From Octopus vulgaris (lineage: Eukaryota): a DNA stretch of 64,000 bases. A program made the position numbers and the translations under genes. Shown in pieces: positions 1 to 12,360 of this stretch; positions within the stretch are counted from its first letter, which is position 1; every line of letters starts with the position of its first letter. The notes below the pieces were generated by a model. It did not search any database and was not told the DNA's origin. It was given only the letters and a program-made list of their open reading frames with translations. The stretch covers positions 118,296,001 to 118,360,000 of the forward strand of contig OX597817.1 of NCBI GenBank assembly GCA_951406725.2, written 5' to 3'.

Positions 1-808
1 CATTTGTGTGCGTGTGTGTGTGTTGTGTGCATCTATGATTTTAATCTAAACTCTAATGTAAATATGAAGCATTTTGCAAATTATTTCAGATCAATTAATG
101 GACATCGAATGTACGTGTTGATCAACTAGCGTTTGTTGACCTACTTGCAATTATATAAGCAAATGTGCCTGGAGATATATTGAATCTAGCGTCTGTAGGA
201 AAATAGTTCAATGCCCTTGTAATTCCGAGTTAATATTATTTGCATTTATCCTCTGAAAGCATTTTAAATCATCCAAACACGAGTCATCAAAAATAATGAA
301 GTTCTTCTTTATAATTAATTAGTTAAACTTTGCATGAATTTTATTGAAAATTTGGATATATACATATTTCTTTATATTTATGTGTATCTGCGTCTGCCTG
401 CGTACGTATTCTTTTAATTTCTTCAATTATGGTAAAGGTCTACACGGTTAAGCTGGCTGAATCTTTATCGCGTGGGACAAAAATGCTTTTTGGCATTAAT
501 TTGGGTTGTTTACTTTCTGAGTTTAAAATTCCACCAATGTCAACTTAAAATGTTATTATTTCGAGGACCATAATATAGTATTAGTTGAGCACATAGCTGA
601 TGTGCTAAATTTGCTGTTCTCTGGCCAAAAGTTGAAACCGTTATTATAACTTCTATTACATCATTCCTAAAAATATGAACACATCTACTTGTATCATAAT
701 TATTATCTTTATATTTCTCGGATGAGAAAGTGTCCAATGTATTGTCGCCTTAAAATAACAAATAATTATTAGAAAAGATATATAAATGAGTGAAATCTAT
801 CAAAGATT

Positions 809-1246
809 GCATCTTTTCGGTTTGAACGGCAGTTTTTAACATAATTTCTAGGTAATTAAAAAATTTTAAACTCCGTATACTGGTAGAATGTGTTTATAAA
901 ACATCTTTTTCTCTCGCCTTTACTGAGAAAATTCTATAGGTTGTAAGATATTTGTTGTTTTTTGTCTTCAATTTCTGCAATTTCAACCAATCAATGACGT
1001 CTATTGAGTTAAAAAGTATTCTGTGCCGTGTAAATATGTCCCTCGTTTAAGAAACAGATTGGGTTTATTTACGTTTGTGAAGAAAAGAAAGATACCTTTC
1101 ACCCACCCCTAACCCTAACTAAACCTAACTAACCCTAACCCTAAAAGAGATTGAAATACAATAGATCGATTCAAGGGTCATAATTATTGGTGGCAATTTC
1201 ATATGACATCGCTAGAAAAAAACTCCGGTTCAAACTGAAAAGATCC
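809..1246. mobile_element. Non-autonomous DNA transposon (MITE) with ~29-bp TIRs, 7-bp TSD and internal CCCTAA repeats
   Basis: Left end gcatcttttcggtttgaacggcagttttt matches the reverse complement of right end aaaaaactccggttcaaactgaaaagatcc. aaagatt is duplicated at 802-808 and 1247-1253. (CCCTAA)-like run at ~1107-1144. Confidence 0.8.
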
Positions 1247-2891
1247 AAAGATTTTCAATAAAAAAATCTGTTTAAGATAATGTGTTCACTGTCGACCAAA
1301 TGTTAAATTGTTAGTCTTAGTTATTAAGAGTCATAATTAATTTGGACGAAAACAAAACTGAATATCGATATTTTAATTTTTCAATATTTTTCGTTTATTT
1401 TGTGCTTTCAGGACACCATGTTGAAATCAGTACGAGTTTTAGATAAGTACATTACATAATAAATGTGCAGTGTTCAGTAAAGCTCTTTTAACTAGCTATG
1501 CATATATGTAATCCGTTGTGCTTTGGTGATTTGTTTCTGTATATTTTTAATTGTAACACAAAATACCTATTATTATACGAAGTGTTTGCTTCCAGGCCTC
1601 ATATTCTGGTCATCTTTATTTTCATATATCTGTGTACACACACACACACGCATATAACACACACACACACACACACACACACAATATGTATATATATATA
1701 TATATAGATATATATATAGATATATATATAAAGATGCCTTGCGGTCAGATTATGAAATTGAAAGGGAAAATATTAAGATGCATCAATATTTCTTCAACCT
1801 CATGTATCTTATTTAATTTTGATATAAGACCACTTTCCCATTGATTACAATTATAGAGATATATTTAGTAACGTTAGTACCAAAGTCAGTTATTAACATT
1901 TAACACATTTGCATCTGCAACCAGCTAAAACTTCATCCACGTGCGTAACAACCCCCACCGCATATATTTTTTGAGAACCGTCATTTTGTATTCAAAGATC
2001 AACGCCGCTAATCCCTGCACCCATTCAAATTAAGATACACGCAGCACCAGTTTATTTCAAACCGTCAACCTTCAACTAGAAGAATGGACAGATTTTACTG
2101 ACTAAAATTGGACAAGCTAAATTCAGAAAGTTTAATAATAAATAGTATAACGTCGACTGTGCTAAACAGATATTTTAAGGTAGATATACTTGCAAAATTT
2201 GTGTTTCTGAAATATATCAATATTATCTTTTATTGCCATACCATAAATTAATTGAAATTCAGGGATGTTCCTTCTGCAATCATAAACTACAAATATTGCT
2301 GCTGAACCAACAGTTACCGAGCGATTACATAGTGTTTTAATCCGAGTAGAAGCCTAAAATTATGCAGTTCTGTTTACTTTGCATCGAATAATAATTTCGC
2401 ATATCTCATTCAGCCAGAGTCAAATAAACGCCAACGATATGTTCAGCGTTTACATAACAATTTTCAGTTTGAATACATATACATATACATTCATATTTAT
2501 ACCAAAAGAGGGGAAGGAGAGAAAGCGATATCTATCCTCCAAATAACTTTTAATATTGTTACTCTCTTAGTAAATTCGCATTTTTAATTTTAATCTTTAT
2601 TATGTTCTTGCTGTAAGCGTATCATTCAATTCTGTAACTACCGAATAATTAGATATTAAATGTTTTGCGACCATATATAAACCATAAAATAGTCCTTAAT
2701 AGTTTTACTGTAGATTTGAAAATAGGAATATTTGGGCATCTACTTTCAATATACATCAATAATATTAGATAACCGTTATATATATAACCGCTTTATAATA
2801 AACACTTTTTCTCGTGTTTGTATTTGCAAGTTTACTGCGTTTTCCTAAATAGGGTGCATGTGTATATGTATGTATATATGTATATGTATGT

Positions 2892-2944
<53 letters not shown>

Positions 2945-2948
<4 letters not shown>

Positions 2949-3270
2949 GTGAATGTCATTTGTGACAATACTCTGGTAGTCATGATAAAACACCGAGATT
3001 CGGATGCCGAAGTGGAAATTCACGCCGCCATCTCTTCAGTTATCCGGCCATCGGAACAATGGTATAAAAAATGGACTTGTTTTTCATAGCGTTGTTCCGA
3101 TGGCCGGATAACTGAAGAGATGGCGGCGTGAACTTCCACCTCGGTATCCGAATCTCGGAGTTTTATTATGACTACCGAATTATTGTCATGTATTACATTT
3201 ACAGATAAATTCCTCTATTTACATAATATCGATGTATCTTTCTTTCGTTCTCTTACCGTTTTTATCAATA
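2945..3270 (+). mobile_element. Fold-back element next to (TA)n, probably PLE-derived (inverted copy + sense copy + tail)
   Basis: Arms 2945-3059 and 3092-3206 are imperfect reverse complements. Unpaired tail to ~3270. Starts at the end of a (TA)n tract. CTGAAGA at 3112-3118 has no clear GAAA partner. Confidence 0.7.
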
Positions 3271-4081
3271 TATAATAATAAGAGTAAATAATTTCTATAA
3301 AGGCTTTTAAAAAAACCCCAATTATTTACTGGTAGAATTCGGTATGTAAATATAGCCGATTATCGGCAGGAACTTCTGTAAAGTTCAGTATATATATTGT
3401 ATATAAGAAAAAGGGACAGGCAAACAGGTTGCTTGACCGCATACCGAAGAAATAGAAATAGCAGTCAAGAATGCTTATTTCTACCAAAGTTGGACTCCAG
3501 GCACGACAAACCCTGTAATTCACATATGCAAAACAGAAGGAATAGATAACGAAAACGAAGTCTGGTGGTTATCTGTGAACATCATGTTTCTGGATTATAA
3601 ACATATTGAATATATATTTCATATATATTTTTGATATATATTTCATATACATTGCATATATATTTCACATCCTTCTTCAGCACAGCTTTCCATTGAAAAA
3701 GATTTATCATAGATTTATCAAATGCTACGTACCTCAAACCTTCTGACCATGCGACATCAAAATATTTGAAGAAAGTGAGCAAAAGCTAAACCTACATAGA
3801 CGTTTGAATTCGTAAATCTTCCCTCCAAAATACTGCCATGCGCACTACAAAAATAGTTCCATAAGATTGGGAACTATTGGGTTGTCATAATGGAGTGAAA
3901 AATCCAAATAGTAATATAATAATAAGAGCAAATAATTTCTATAAAGGCTTTTAAAAAAACCCCAATTATTTACTGGTAGAATTCGGTATGTAAATATAGC
4001 CGATTATCGGCAGGAACTTCTGTAAAGTTCAGTATATATATTGTATATAAGAAAAAGGGACAGGCAAACAGGTTGCTTGAC
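3271..4081. repeat. ~165-bp near-identical direct duplication (~3271-3437 and ~3916-4081)
   Basis: Both copies read tataataataagag(t/c)aaataatttctataaaggc...gggacaggcaaacaggttgcttgac. Confidence 0.9.
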
Positions 4082-4749
4082 AGGCAAACAGGTTGCATAC
4101 CGCATACAGTGATTTCCCCATTAAAAAGCCGTAGTTATTTCAAAGCAGAAAATAAAGCTCGAGAAAATGATATACATCTTATTGCAAGAGATTGTATGAA
4201 AATATTGGAGAAGTTCAGAAAATCTACTGCAAATGTAACAGTAGAAATGTATTCGAAAGCGAAACTTATACCAAATGTTGGTAAATTCATGTTATACCTA
4301 TAAAAAATTGACTACAATATATACATTGCATCTATTATATCTGGTGCCGATACAGAATGTCAAATAGAGCAGAAACTGAATCTCATAGTGTAAGAACATC
4401 TGAAAATACTAATGAGAACTACGATATCTATGTCAAAAATAGTTGCACATATATGACTAGAAAAGGTAATTATATAAAATTATGGGATGAAAATTTAGTA
4501 ATTGATAGAGAAATATGTTCGGAACAAAATACCCAAAGAACCTTTATATACGTAAAGAGCTTGTTCAAAACCCGGTGAGAGAAATTCACTTTGCATTAGT
4601 TGAATATTTACCGGAAACTACATTCAAATAACTTAGTAAATGAAGAGGTAATTTCTCATTAATTCTGCATTCTGTGTGTCACAACTCTGATATCATATAA
4701 AATCTCCTAGTCCAAATCATGTATGGGCATCGCACACATCCAAAATGCT

Positions 4750-5090
4750 CATATGTAAATCCGTTTTATTAGGTTTTTGAACACTATGGGTGGGTGGCAG
4801 GATGTTGCATTAATGTATGATAGCTTATCATTCGGTTTGTGGTATGGTCTGTAGATGCCACTATCTAAATCAAGCGTGACATCCAAAAAATTCACCACGG
4901 TGAGGTTAGTCTCTATGGTGATTTTAAGGCCAGAGATTTTGAGGGTGTGTATGATGTCTATTCTAAGCCTATCTATTATATGGCCGTCAGCGCCTCTGGA
5001 GATGGCTAAGGCATCATCTGCATAGAAGTTGAAGTAGAAAGAGGGTAATTTATTACCCAGGGTGTCCAGGATTATAAAACCCTATAAGGT
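4750..5090 (-). mobile_element. Penelope-like element reverse transcriptase fragment
   Basis: Manual minus-strand translation: ILDTLGNKLPSFYFNFYADDALAISRGADGHIIDRLRIDIIHTLKISGLKITIETNLTVVNFLDVTLDLDSGIYRPYHKPNDKLSYINATSCHPPIVFKNLIK. YxDD at 5013-5024 and the GLKITIE..L..VNFLDVTL...Y.PY.KPND...YIN..S.HPP signature typical of PLE RT and thumb. Confidence 0.9.
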
Positions 5091-5316
5091 CGCCAGTATC
5101 AGCGTTCTTGTGATTTAAAAAAATCAATCTTTGCAGAGAACAGTTTTCGTTTAGAAAAACTGAAGATATGTTTAGTTCACGCTAGATATGAAGCCAATGT
5201 TTTTTTTCTTTCTAAGACTGTTACTTTACACATACAAAAATAAACAACCGCTGTAATATTCTATAGGGTATGTTCTTTGTCTGATTTATGATCTTTTAAC
5301 AAAGATACACACACAG

Positions 5317-5367
<51 letters not shown>

Positions 5368-5784
5368 TGGAACTTACAAATCTGTTTGTATTTACAGTTG
5401 TAGCGACAGCAATGTTTGCTTGGATAGAAATTATGTCACATATGTGAGTCTGTGTTTTTCTATATAAGTGCATACCAATACCTTAGAATATGCACTCATG
5501 CGTGTATGTCTTGTATGTGCTTATATTCTGTATACGCAATACTGTGTGCCTTTGTTTCTCAGGAGGATTAAGCAAACAATTATTTTACTGAAACAAAGTA
5601 ACACATCAGTGAAATATTCCAAACAAAACATAATCTAAACAGAAGAGCATATAAACCAGTGATGTTTATCGTATATCAACAAGAAAACTTCAGAATATCA
5701 ACGAATAAACAGACAATGATTTGCAACAAACTACACTGAACGCGATAATTCATTAAGGGGTGAAGGAACGTCAAGGAAATAAAC

Positions 5785-5818
5785 ATGGGTGCGATTAAAA
5801 GTATGTGTCTGTGTACAC

Positions 5819-5851
<33 letters not shown>

Positions 5852-6512
5852 GGTGGGTTTATTTATTTAAGTGTGTATAAATATTTACACACGCAGAAGA
5901 GACACTTGACAGGAATTTTTACATGCTGAAAAGGGCAATTAAAACCCAACCACGAAACAAGGAATTCTTAAGGTAAGTTTTTAATAGGCACCAGAGTAAA
6001 TAAAAATTAATTAACTCTATACTCGCTATAAATGACCAGAGAAATTAGTGTAGCTCATCAGTAGGGTCGCTAAAAATGCATAATTTTTATATTTATGCAG
6101 TATATACATATTATTCTATTTCGGAATGATCATATGGTTTCGCTTCTTATGCTGTTTGTATCCATGCCCTTTATGTAGGGTAACGGCAGTGACAACGATG
6201 GCAATAATAATAACAACAACAACAACAACAAACGCACAAATCCAGAGAGATGGAGGAACTGTACTGAATTTTCGGATCCTAGGACAGCAACAGCACCAAG
6301 GGTTGAATAATGGAGCTAAGACAAAAGTCATACTGCTGGTAAGAACAATGAGACACACACAAGCATACACACATGCATACACACACACATACACACATTC
6401 GAGACTCCGAGTACTATAATGACAAACTTTTACTGTTTGTTCTAATTTATAACACACACATATATATATTTACATATGATACATATATATATATACATAT
6501 ATATATATGCAC

Positions 6513-6581
<69 letters not shown>

Positions 6582-7097
6582 CATACATATATATATACAC
6601 ACATATGTATATATATATATATATATACATACACATATATATATACATATATATATATAAGAGAGAATAAACAATATTATATATATGTGCCTGTCTGTAT
6701 GGATATATATATATATATATACATACATATATACATATGCATGTATTTTTGCATGTGCATGTGTGTTTATATTTATATTTATGTACAGTATAGAAAACTG
6801 AGGAAACCCAACTCTTACAAATTGTATGTATGCATGTACGTACGTATGTATGTATGTATGTACGTACGTATGTATGTGTGTATGTACGTACGTATGTGCG
6901 TAAGTATGTATGCATGCATGTATGTATGCATACACGGATTTGTGGAGGTGTGCTCAGTGTTAGAGATTAAAAATTCTCGCAAAACAATACAAACATATAC
7001 CACTCTTTTCTTATGAACCATTGCGTCCGTCTTTTAGTAACATTGGGATATAATTTACGTTAGATGTTCTATTTGTCGTCTTTTGACAAGATTTTAG
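5785..7097 (+). CDS. Putative small spliced orphan gene (or lncRNA with incidental ORF): join 5785-5800, 5897-5972, 6179-6338, 6789-6823, then 7038-7053 or 7064-7097; about 100-106 aa
   Basis: aaacATGG start. Donors gtatgt (5801), gtaagt (5973), gtaaga (6339), gtatgt (6824). Acceptors cag/tag at 5896, 6178, 6788 and 7037 or 7063. Phases 1,2,0,2 keep the frame open. AATAAA at 7098-7103. Candidate 5'UTR exons at 5137-5267 and 5563-5784. No recognisable homology. Confidence 0.4.
6455..6932. repeat. Compound (TA)n/(CA)n/(TATG)n microsatellites
   Basis: Directly visible; source of the spurious YI/HT-repeat ORFs. Confidence 0.95.
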
Positions 7098-7965
7098 AAT
7101 AAATATTTTCATAATACACATTTCTTGAGTATTATGAAATATGTATCACTGTTGCATTTTCTATAAGCTCGAGCGTTTTACTTTAGAGAATCAAATTGGT
7201 TAAAAGACACAGTAAAATAGAGCAACATAGTCTTAAGGATTTCTAATCTTTTACAATGTTACTGTATACGACTTTTCAGTTCGTGTTTACGTGTAAGCGC
7301 AAAGGAACAATCCATTTAATGTTATGATGTCACTAGGGAAATTATTGATTGAAACTGTAATTTTATCCGAATCAAGTAACGACATGGGCATGAGTAATCC
7401 AAATAAATGGCCTTAATCACTGGAAACAACGGTCGTTGTAGGAGTACGTTTGCATGCTGAACAGCTGCCATATAATTGGCCTTAAGAAGCTGTGAACTTT
7501 CTGAAAGCGGATTGAATTAGCTCCCAATGCTGGAATACCATATGTGAATTATCAGGGGATTATTGATATGAAAGAAATTACACATGGACTGTGGTAAAAA
7601 CAAACCCGTCCAAGTACTGGTGTAAGCTTGTTTCTTGTTTTAATGTGACCATATATTGGTAAATTCTACTGCAATGGATTCGTGTTAACTAAGGATTTTT
7701 CACGCTTTTTATACTTTGACGTAGAAAGACCGCATATTATGAATTTTCAAATACAAATGATCATCGAAGCAATTTATTGAATTGATACGATCTCAAAATA
7801 ACGGACTTTGTACTGATATTAACGTGCTTTTAATGCATATAATTGATGTATTTACTTAAAAAGTTACGGTCATCCTTGTTTACATGCACATCCGTATGCA
7901 TATTGTATAAAAAAATGCATTAAAATATGTAGTATCTGTGTGCGTGTGTTTGTATGCGCATGCAT

Positions 7966-8032
<67 letters not shown>

Positions 8033-8439
8033 CTGTGTGTGTGTGTGTTTCTATCTGTGTGTTTTCTGTGTGTCTCTGTATCTCTGTGTGTGTATGTGCG
8101 TTTATGTATATACGTATGTATGTATTTTTCGGTGTAAAACATATATTTATATTAAATAACATAGAAAACGAAGACCTGGCATTTTAAAATTAACTTTTCT
8201 TGAAGTGGAAATAAACTGACTTCTAATGAAGATAAAAAACTGAATTTAACTGCAAAGAAGTGATATTTGTAGGATCGTTAATATAATGTCAGTTATGTCT
8301 TTTCTCAAGAAAAAGGTACTTCCTAGGGCGTATCCCCGCCTAATAACCGTCGTCAGCGCATAAGTTATGCTACCTTGGCTGCAGCAGACATAATGAAATA
8401 ACGATTCCGACGCGAACTGAGAGAAAATACAATCAACGA

Positions 8440-9720
8440 GTGGCAACTGATGAACTTCGTTACGGGAGAAAATTCATACGAACTGGTCACAACATTCTCA
8501 CTGGATACAGGGATGGAGTTCAGGCAAGTTAATGCTCATACATGATTGTCAACCACAAAAAGTTTGTCAAACAGTCAGAGAGCCTTAACACCTCCACCGT
8601 TTCTAATGAGGAATACTAAAAGTATTATGGAATTGATTAAAATGTTGTATATGTTAGTGCTGAGAGTAAAATGGTAGAAACCAAAGAATACAATTATTAG
8701 ACAGATCTGTCTTCTATTAAAGCCTCAGTTGCAACAGAGCCTGTACCAACATTTGATATATTACAATGAAGATATGATGAGATCCGCAGTCTAGACTTCG
8801 AAATTACAAACATATTGACTACCACTGGCAACATCAAAATCAACGAAGACACTGAAAAGATCGATGTGAGAAGAGATGGTGGTAATGGCATAAGGTCAGT
8901 CCAAACGGCCTTTGAGTATTGTATTGTCTCACTCAGAAAACAACTACTGGAGACTAAAGACAGAAAGAAAGAAACAAAGAAACAAAGAAACAAAGAAAAA
9001 AAAAGTACATTACCTACGTACTCAGACGTTAGAGCAACAACATCTTCAGAGTAGGGAAAGCACTCCGGAATATATATATCTTAGTGTACAACAGTCTCAC
9101 GTGATCTGTAAGAAACTGGATTGACCAAACTAAAGAGAAACTTGAAGGGAAATCAATTACAAACCAAGGAACAAATATTGCATGTTAGAGAATAACTGTA
9201 ACATTGTCAGAAAGAGTACCTTTTTCTGGATCTTCGATACATATATAAATCACATCCGAGCTGGAAGGACAGGCTTTCACTATCCACGTACAGGAGACAG
9301 TTTCTAAATACCAGATAAACAAGAGAGACAACAAAGCCACCAAACCTATGGGGTGTAATAGAAAATGGGGGTTATAGTATACTTGTGTGGAAGATATCAT
9401 CTACAATATCAGTAGCTACTCCAAAATGTTTACAATATATTACCAATGCTTGAGATATGGTATAGTTACAAAAATACATTTACAGTGCTATCCAGAGGAA
9501 CGGTTGCCATGATGGATGCATCAAAAGCATGCCAGAGCAAGATTATAATTACAACTTTAAAAACAAATAATATTGTCGAAATAATCCAGTAAAAACGCCA
9601 TGGGCAACAACTATAATTATCGTAGATGGAGTGAAATGATTCGTTGATGTCAGTCATATCATTCAAAATTGCTAAAATCCGATGAATATCTATCTTCTGG
9701 TAAACTATTTTTTAATAAAT
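8440..9720 (+). mobile_element. Decayed R4/Dong-like (RLE-clade) non-LTR retrotransposon, RT C-terminus to CCHC/RLE region
   Basis: Frameshifted motifs LVTTFSLDTGMEF, DEIRSLD...ILTTTGNIKINEDTEKIDVRRDGGNGIRSVQTAFE (resembles RLY..R..GGRGL), and VEDIIYNISSYSKMFTIYYQCLRYGIV (degenerate E.I.H..S.C......Y..RHD.V). Many stops. Confidence 0.7.
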
Positions 9721-10796
9721 TTATATTTTCTATATTGTTATACTAGGTCATGGTCATATTTTCCCAATTAAACAAACACATACTATATATTTGGTCATCA
9801 CTTCAGCTTTATTATTATTCCGTTAGCGTCTTAGTCAAAGATCTTCCGTCACACCTCCTGGCGAAATAGTCAATAAAAACGGCAATCATAAGTAAAACAC
9901 AATAGACCTAAGACTGTTCTGTGGATCAGGTCGCTGTCTAGCGGGTGTGAACGGACAATCAAAAGTTCAGGAAAAGGAGTGCAGGAAACTACGGATTTAC
10001 ACAAAAACTTGGAAATGCTGGGATTTGCTAAGAAAAAGTAATAGAAACTGACTCGCATCTTCAATTTTAATCTAACTAAGGCAGAGGGAAAATTTGATAT
10101 TTCAAGCATTCTTCATCTGAGATCTTTTATATACATATTTGCACAATTTTGTTTTGTGCTTCTGCGAAGGCACATAGATAATAAAGTAATGATGCACATG
10201 GACACATACAGAAACGCACAAACACAGAAATGCACAAAGATCTGAGCACTAGAGAGACATCTTCACACAGAATATAAGTGAAGGAGCGCACATCTACATA
10301 ATGCACACACTAGCTCAAACATATATTTACAAGCCCGAAATAGTGTTAACTCAAAAAGACTTTGCACTTCGTTAGTGACTGTGTTGAACTACATTAAGAA
10401 GTTAAAGAAATCTCAAAGCATAACACATACATAATTGTTACTTTGCTTAAGACAGGAATACCTCCAAGCGTTTGTAATGATCTTGACGCCCAGCACCTGG
10501 AGTAATTGTATATTCAATGTAATTTAATTTCAGCAGCTACAGATATTTAAGTATGTTTTACTGCTCAAAATATTATATCAAACATATCTGTGTGTGTGGA
10601 CATATATGTAGGTGTGTGTGAGTGTGTGTTTGTGTGTGTATGTGTGTGTGTATGTGTGTGTATGTGTGTGTGTGCGTGCGTGTGAGTGTGTGTGTGTGTA
10701 TACATACATATATATATATATATATATACATATATATTTATATATGTTTATATGTATATGTGTGTGTATGTACGCTTACATACATCGAAACATATG

Positions 10797-10832
<36 letters not shown>

Positions 10833-10974
10833 CATATATATATCTGAGTAAACGTTTTTTCAGTACACACATAAAAGCTATTTTATCATGTAGGGTACAA
10901 CCTAATGATACCAACTAGCAACAGCAGTTTACTGGGGTTGTACATAGATGTGTCGATATTCTTTTATATTTTAT

Positions 10975-11188
10975 GTGTTTCGGTCATTTGACTGCTCTCA
11001 TGCAGGTGCAGCGCATTGAATAGTTTTAATCAATAAAATTTACACCATTTACTTATTTTCTAAAGCCTAGTACTTCTCCTATCGGTCTCAGTGCTAAACC
11101 GTAAAGTTACGAGGACGTAAACACACCAAAACTGTTCGTCAAGCGATGAGGGAGTGGGAACAAACACAGACACAAAGACACACACATA
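10975..11188 (-). mobile_element. SINE family A, 3' half, interrupted by a mariner derivative
   Basis: Similar to the copies at 44971-45394 and 31861-32234 (gtttcggtcatttgactg...cctagtactt...acgtaaacacacc...caaacacagacacaaagac). Confidence 0.8.
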
Positions 11189-11190
11189 TA

Positions 11191-11758
11191 CGAGGACTGA
11201 TCAATAAGTATCAGGTCCGTTGCCATAGTACCGAAGCTAAAGCACTCAGAATAAATTTGCTGGGAGCAAACTGACCTTGAACTTGTGCATGCACACTAAG
11301 TTTAACGTTCTAACTCACTTCCGCTATTTACAGCAGTACTTCGAAAGGTGCGTAGCGTGTGACTTCGCATTGACCAGGACAGAAAAAACTTGTCATGGCG
11401 ATACCTGCTCATGCGCCTATGCAAACTTGCAGAAAATGTATGGAGTGGAGTGTATGAGCCGCACACAAGTGTATGTATGATTCAGATGTTTCCACGATGG
11501 CGTGTCTGTAACGTTTGTGCCAAACTGCTTTCAGTTGAAACTTGGATTTCAGTTGCATAAGATCTCCTTAATTGTCTCGAAAACGATGAAAACGTTTTGA
11601 AAACCTTGCATAGGCCTCTGAACAGGTATCGCCAAGCTTTTCGCAAAATTTAATGCAGATTCCCTGCTTAACATTCTGTATTATGATCAAAGCGACGATA
11701 ACTATACACTTTCCTTCCTTACTTTTGCAACAGTTGGGATATTCATTGATCAGACCAC

Positions 11759-11759
<1 letters not shown>
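11191..11759. mobile_element. Mariner-derived non-autonomous element built from two head-to-head 5' ends
   Basis: TIRs cgaggactgatcaataagtatc / gatattcattgatcagaccacg with TA on both sides. Transposase N-terminal HTH remnants on both strands: + GDTCSCAYANLQKMYGVECMSRTQVY; - QGICIKFCEKLGDTCSEAYA. Confidence 0.85.
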
Positions 11760-11790
<31 letters not shown>

Positions 11791-11792
<2 letters not shown>

Positions 11793-12360
11793 CGTCACAG
11801 GGAAATTTCGAACCTGGGTTCTCATTCCTAAGGTATTCATTATTATTATTGTTGTTGTTGATGTTCAGGTCACTGCTTGGAACTCGGAATCTTGGGGTTA
11901 GTAGCCTGCGCTCTTAACTATTACGCCATATGCCCGTGGGCAATTATGGAGTGAATTTTAGGGTTTATGAATCTAATGTTTTACTATCCTTCCTTTCTAT
12001 GGGAACCGGTATTTTCTATCCTTCCTTAAGCATATGGGAACCGGTATTAAGGAAGGATAGAAAAATATTAGATTTATAAGCCCTAACATTCACTCGACAA
12101 TTGCCCTCGGACATATAGCGTAGTGGTTAAGAGCGCGGGCTACTAACCCCAAGATTCCGAGTTCGATTCCAAGCAATGACCTGAACAACAATAATAATAA
12201 TATTAATTATATAGAAAAATACCTTAGGAATGAGAACCCAGGTTCGAAATTTCCCGAAGACATCTGAAAAGGCTGGAGGGTATATTATCGAAACGTTGTG
12301 TTAACAACAAACAAGATGAAGACAAATATCGTCGAATGTAAATCATGTAAATAATGTACA
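11791..12360 (+). mobile_element. Fold-back element with tRNA-like Pol III head and degenerate hammerhead motif
   Basis: Arms ~11791-11992 and ~12050-12263 are reverse complements. tRNA-like segment 12109-12181 (A box tagcgtagtgg, B box gagttcgattcc). HHR-like gacat-CTGAAAA-ggctg..-GAAACGTT-gtgtt at 12259-12302. Begins at a (TA)n tract. Confidence 0.8.

Noticed and set aside
1107-1144. Telomere or chromosome fusion site
   Set aside because: Only a few imperfect units, and they lie inside a TIR/TSD-bounded element.
3104-3190. Hammerhead ribozyme in the first fold-back element
   Set aside because: CTGAAGA is present, but neither arm shows GAAA with a closing stem II or an NUH site with stem I.
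4073-4578. Two protein-like ORFs with nearby GT donors as extra exons
   Set aside because: No recognisable domain, and I could not build a consistent splice path to the downstream candidate gene.
6373-7021. Long YIYI/HTHT/VCVC ORFs here and throughout the window
   Set aside because: They are stop-free readings of (TA)n, (CA)n and (TATG)n microsatellites, not proteins.
12109-12181. Functional tRNA gene (ACT anticodon-like loop)
   Set aside because: Acceptor and T stems pair poorly and it lies inside an inverted-duplicated repeat; treated as a tRNA-derived head.
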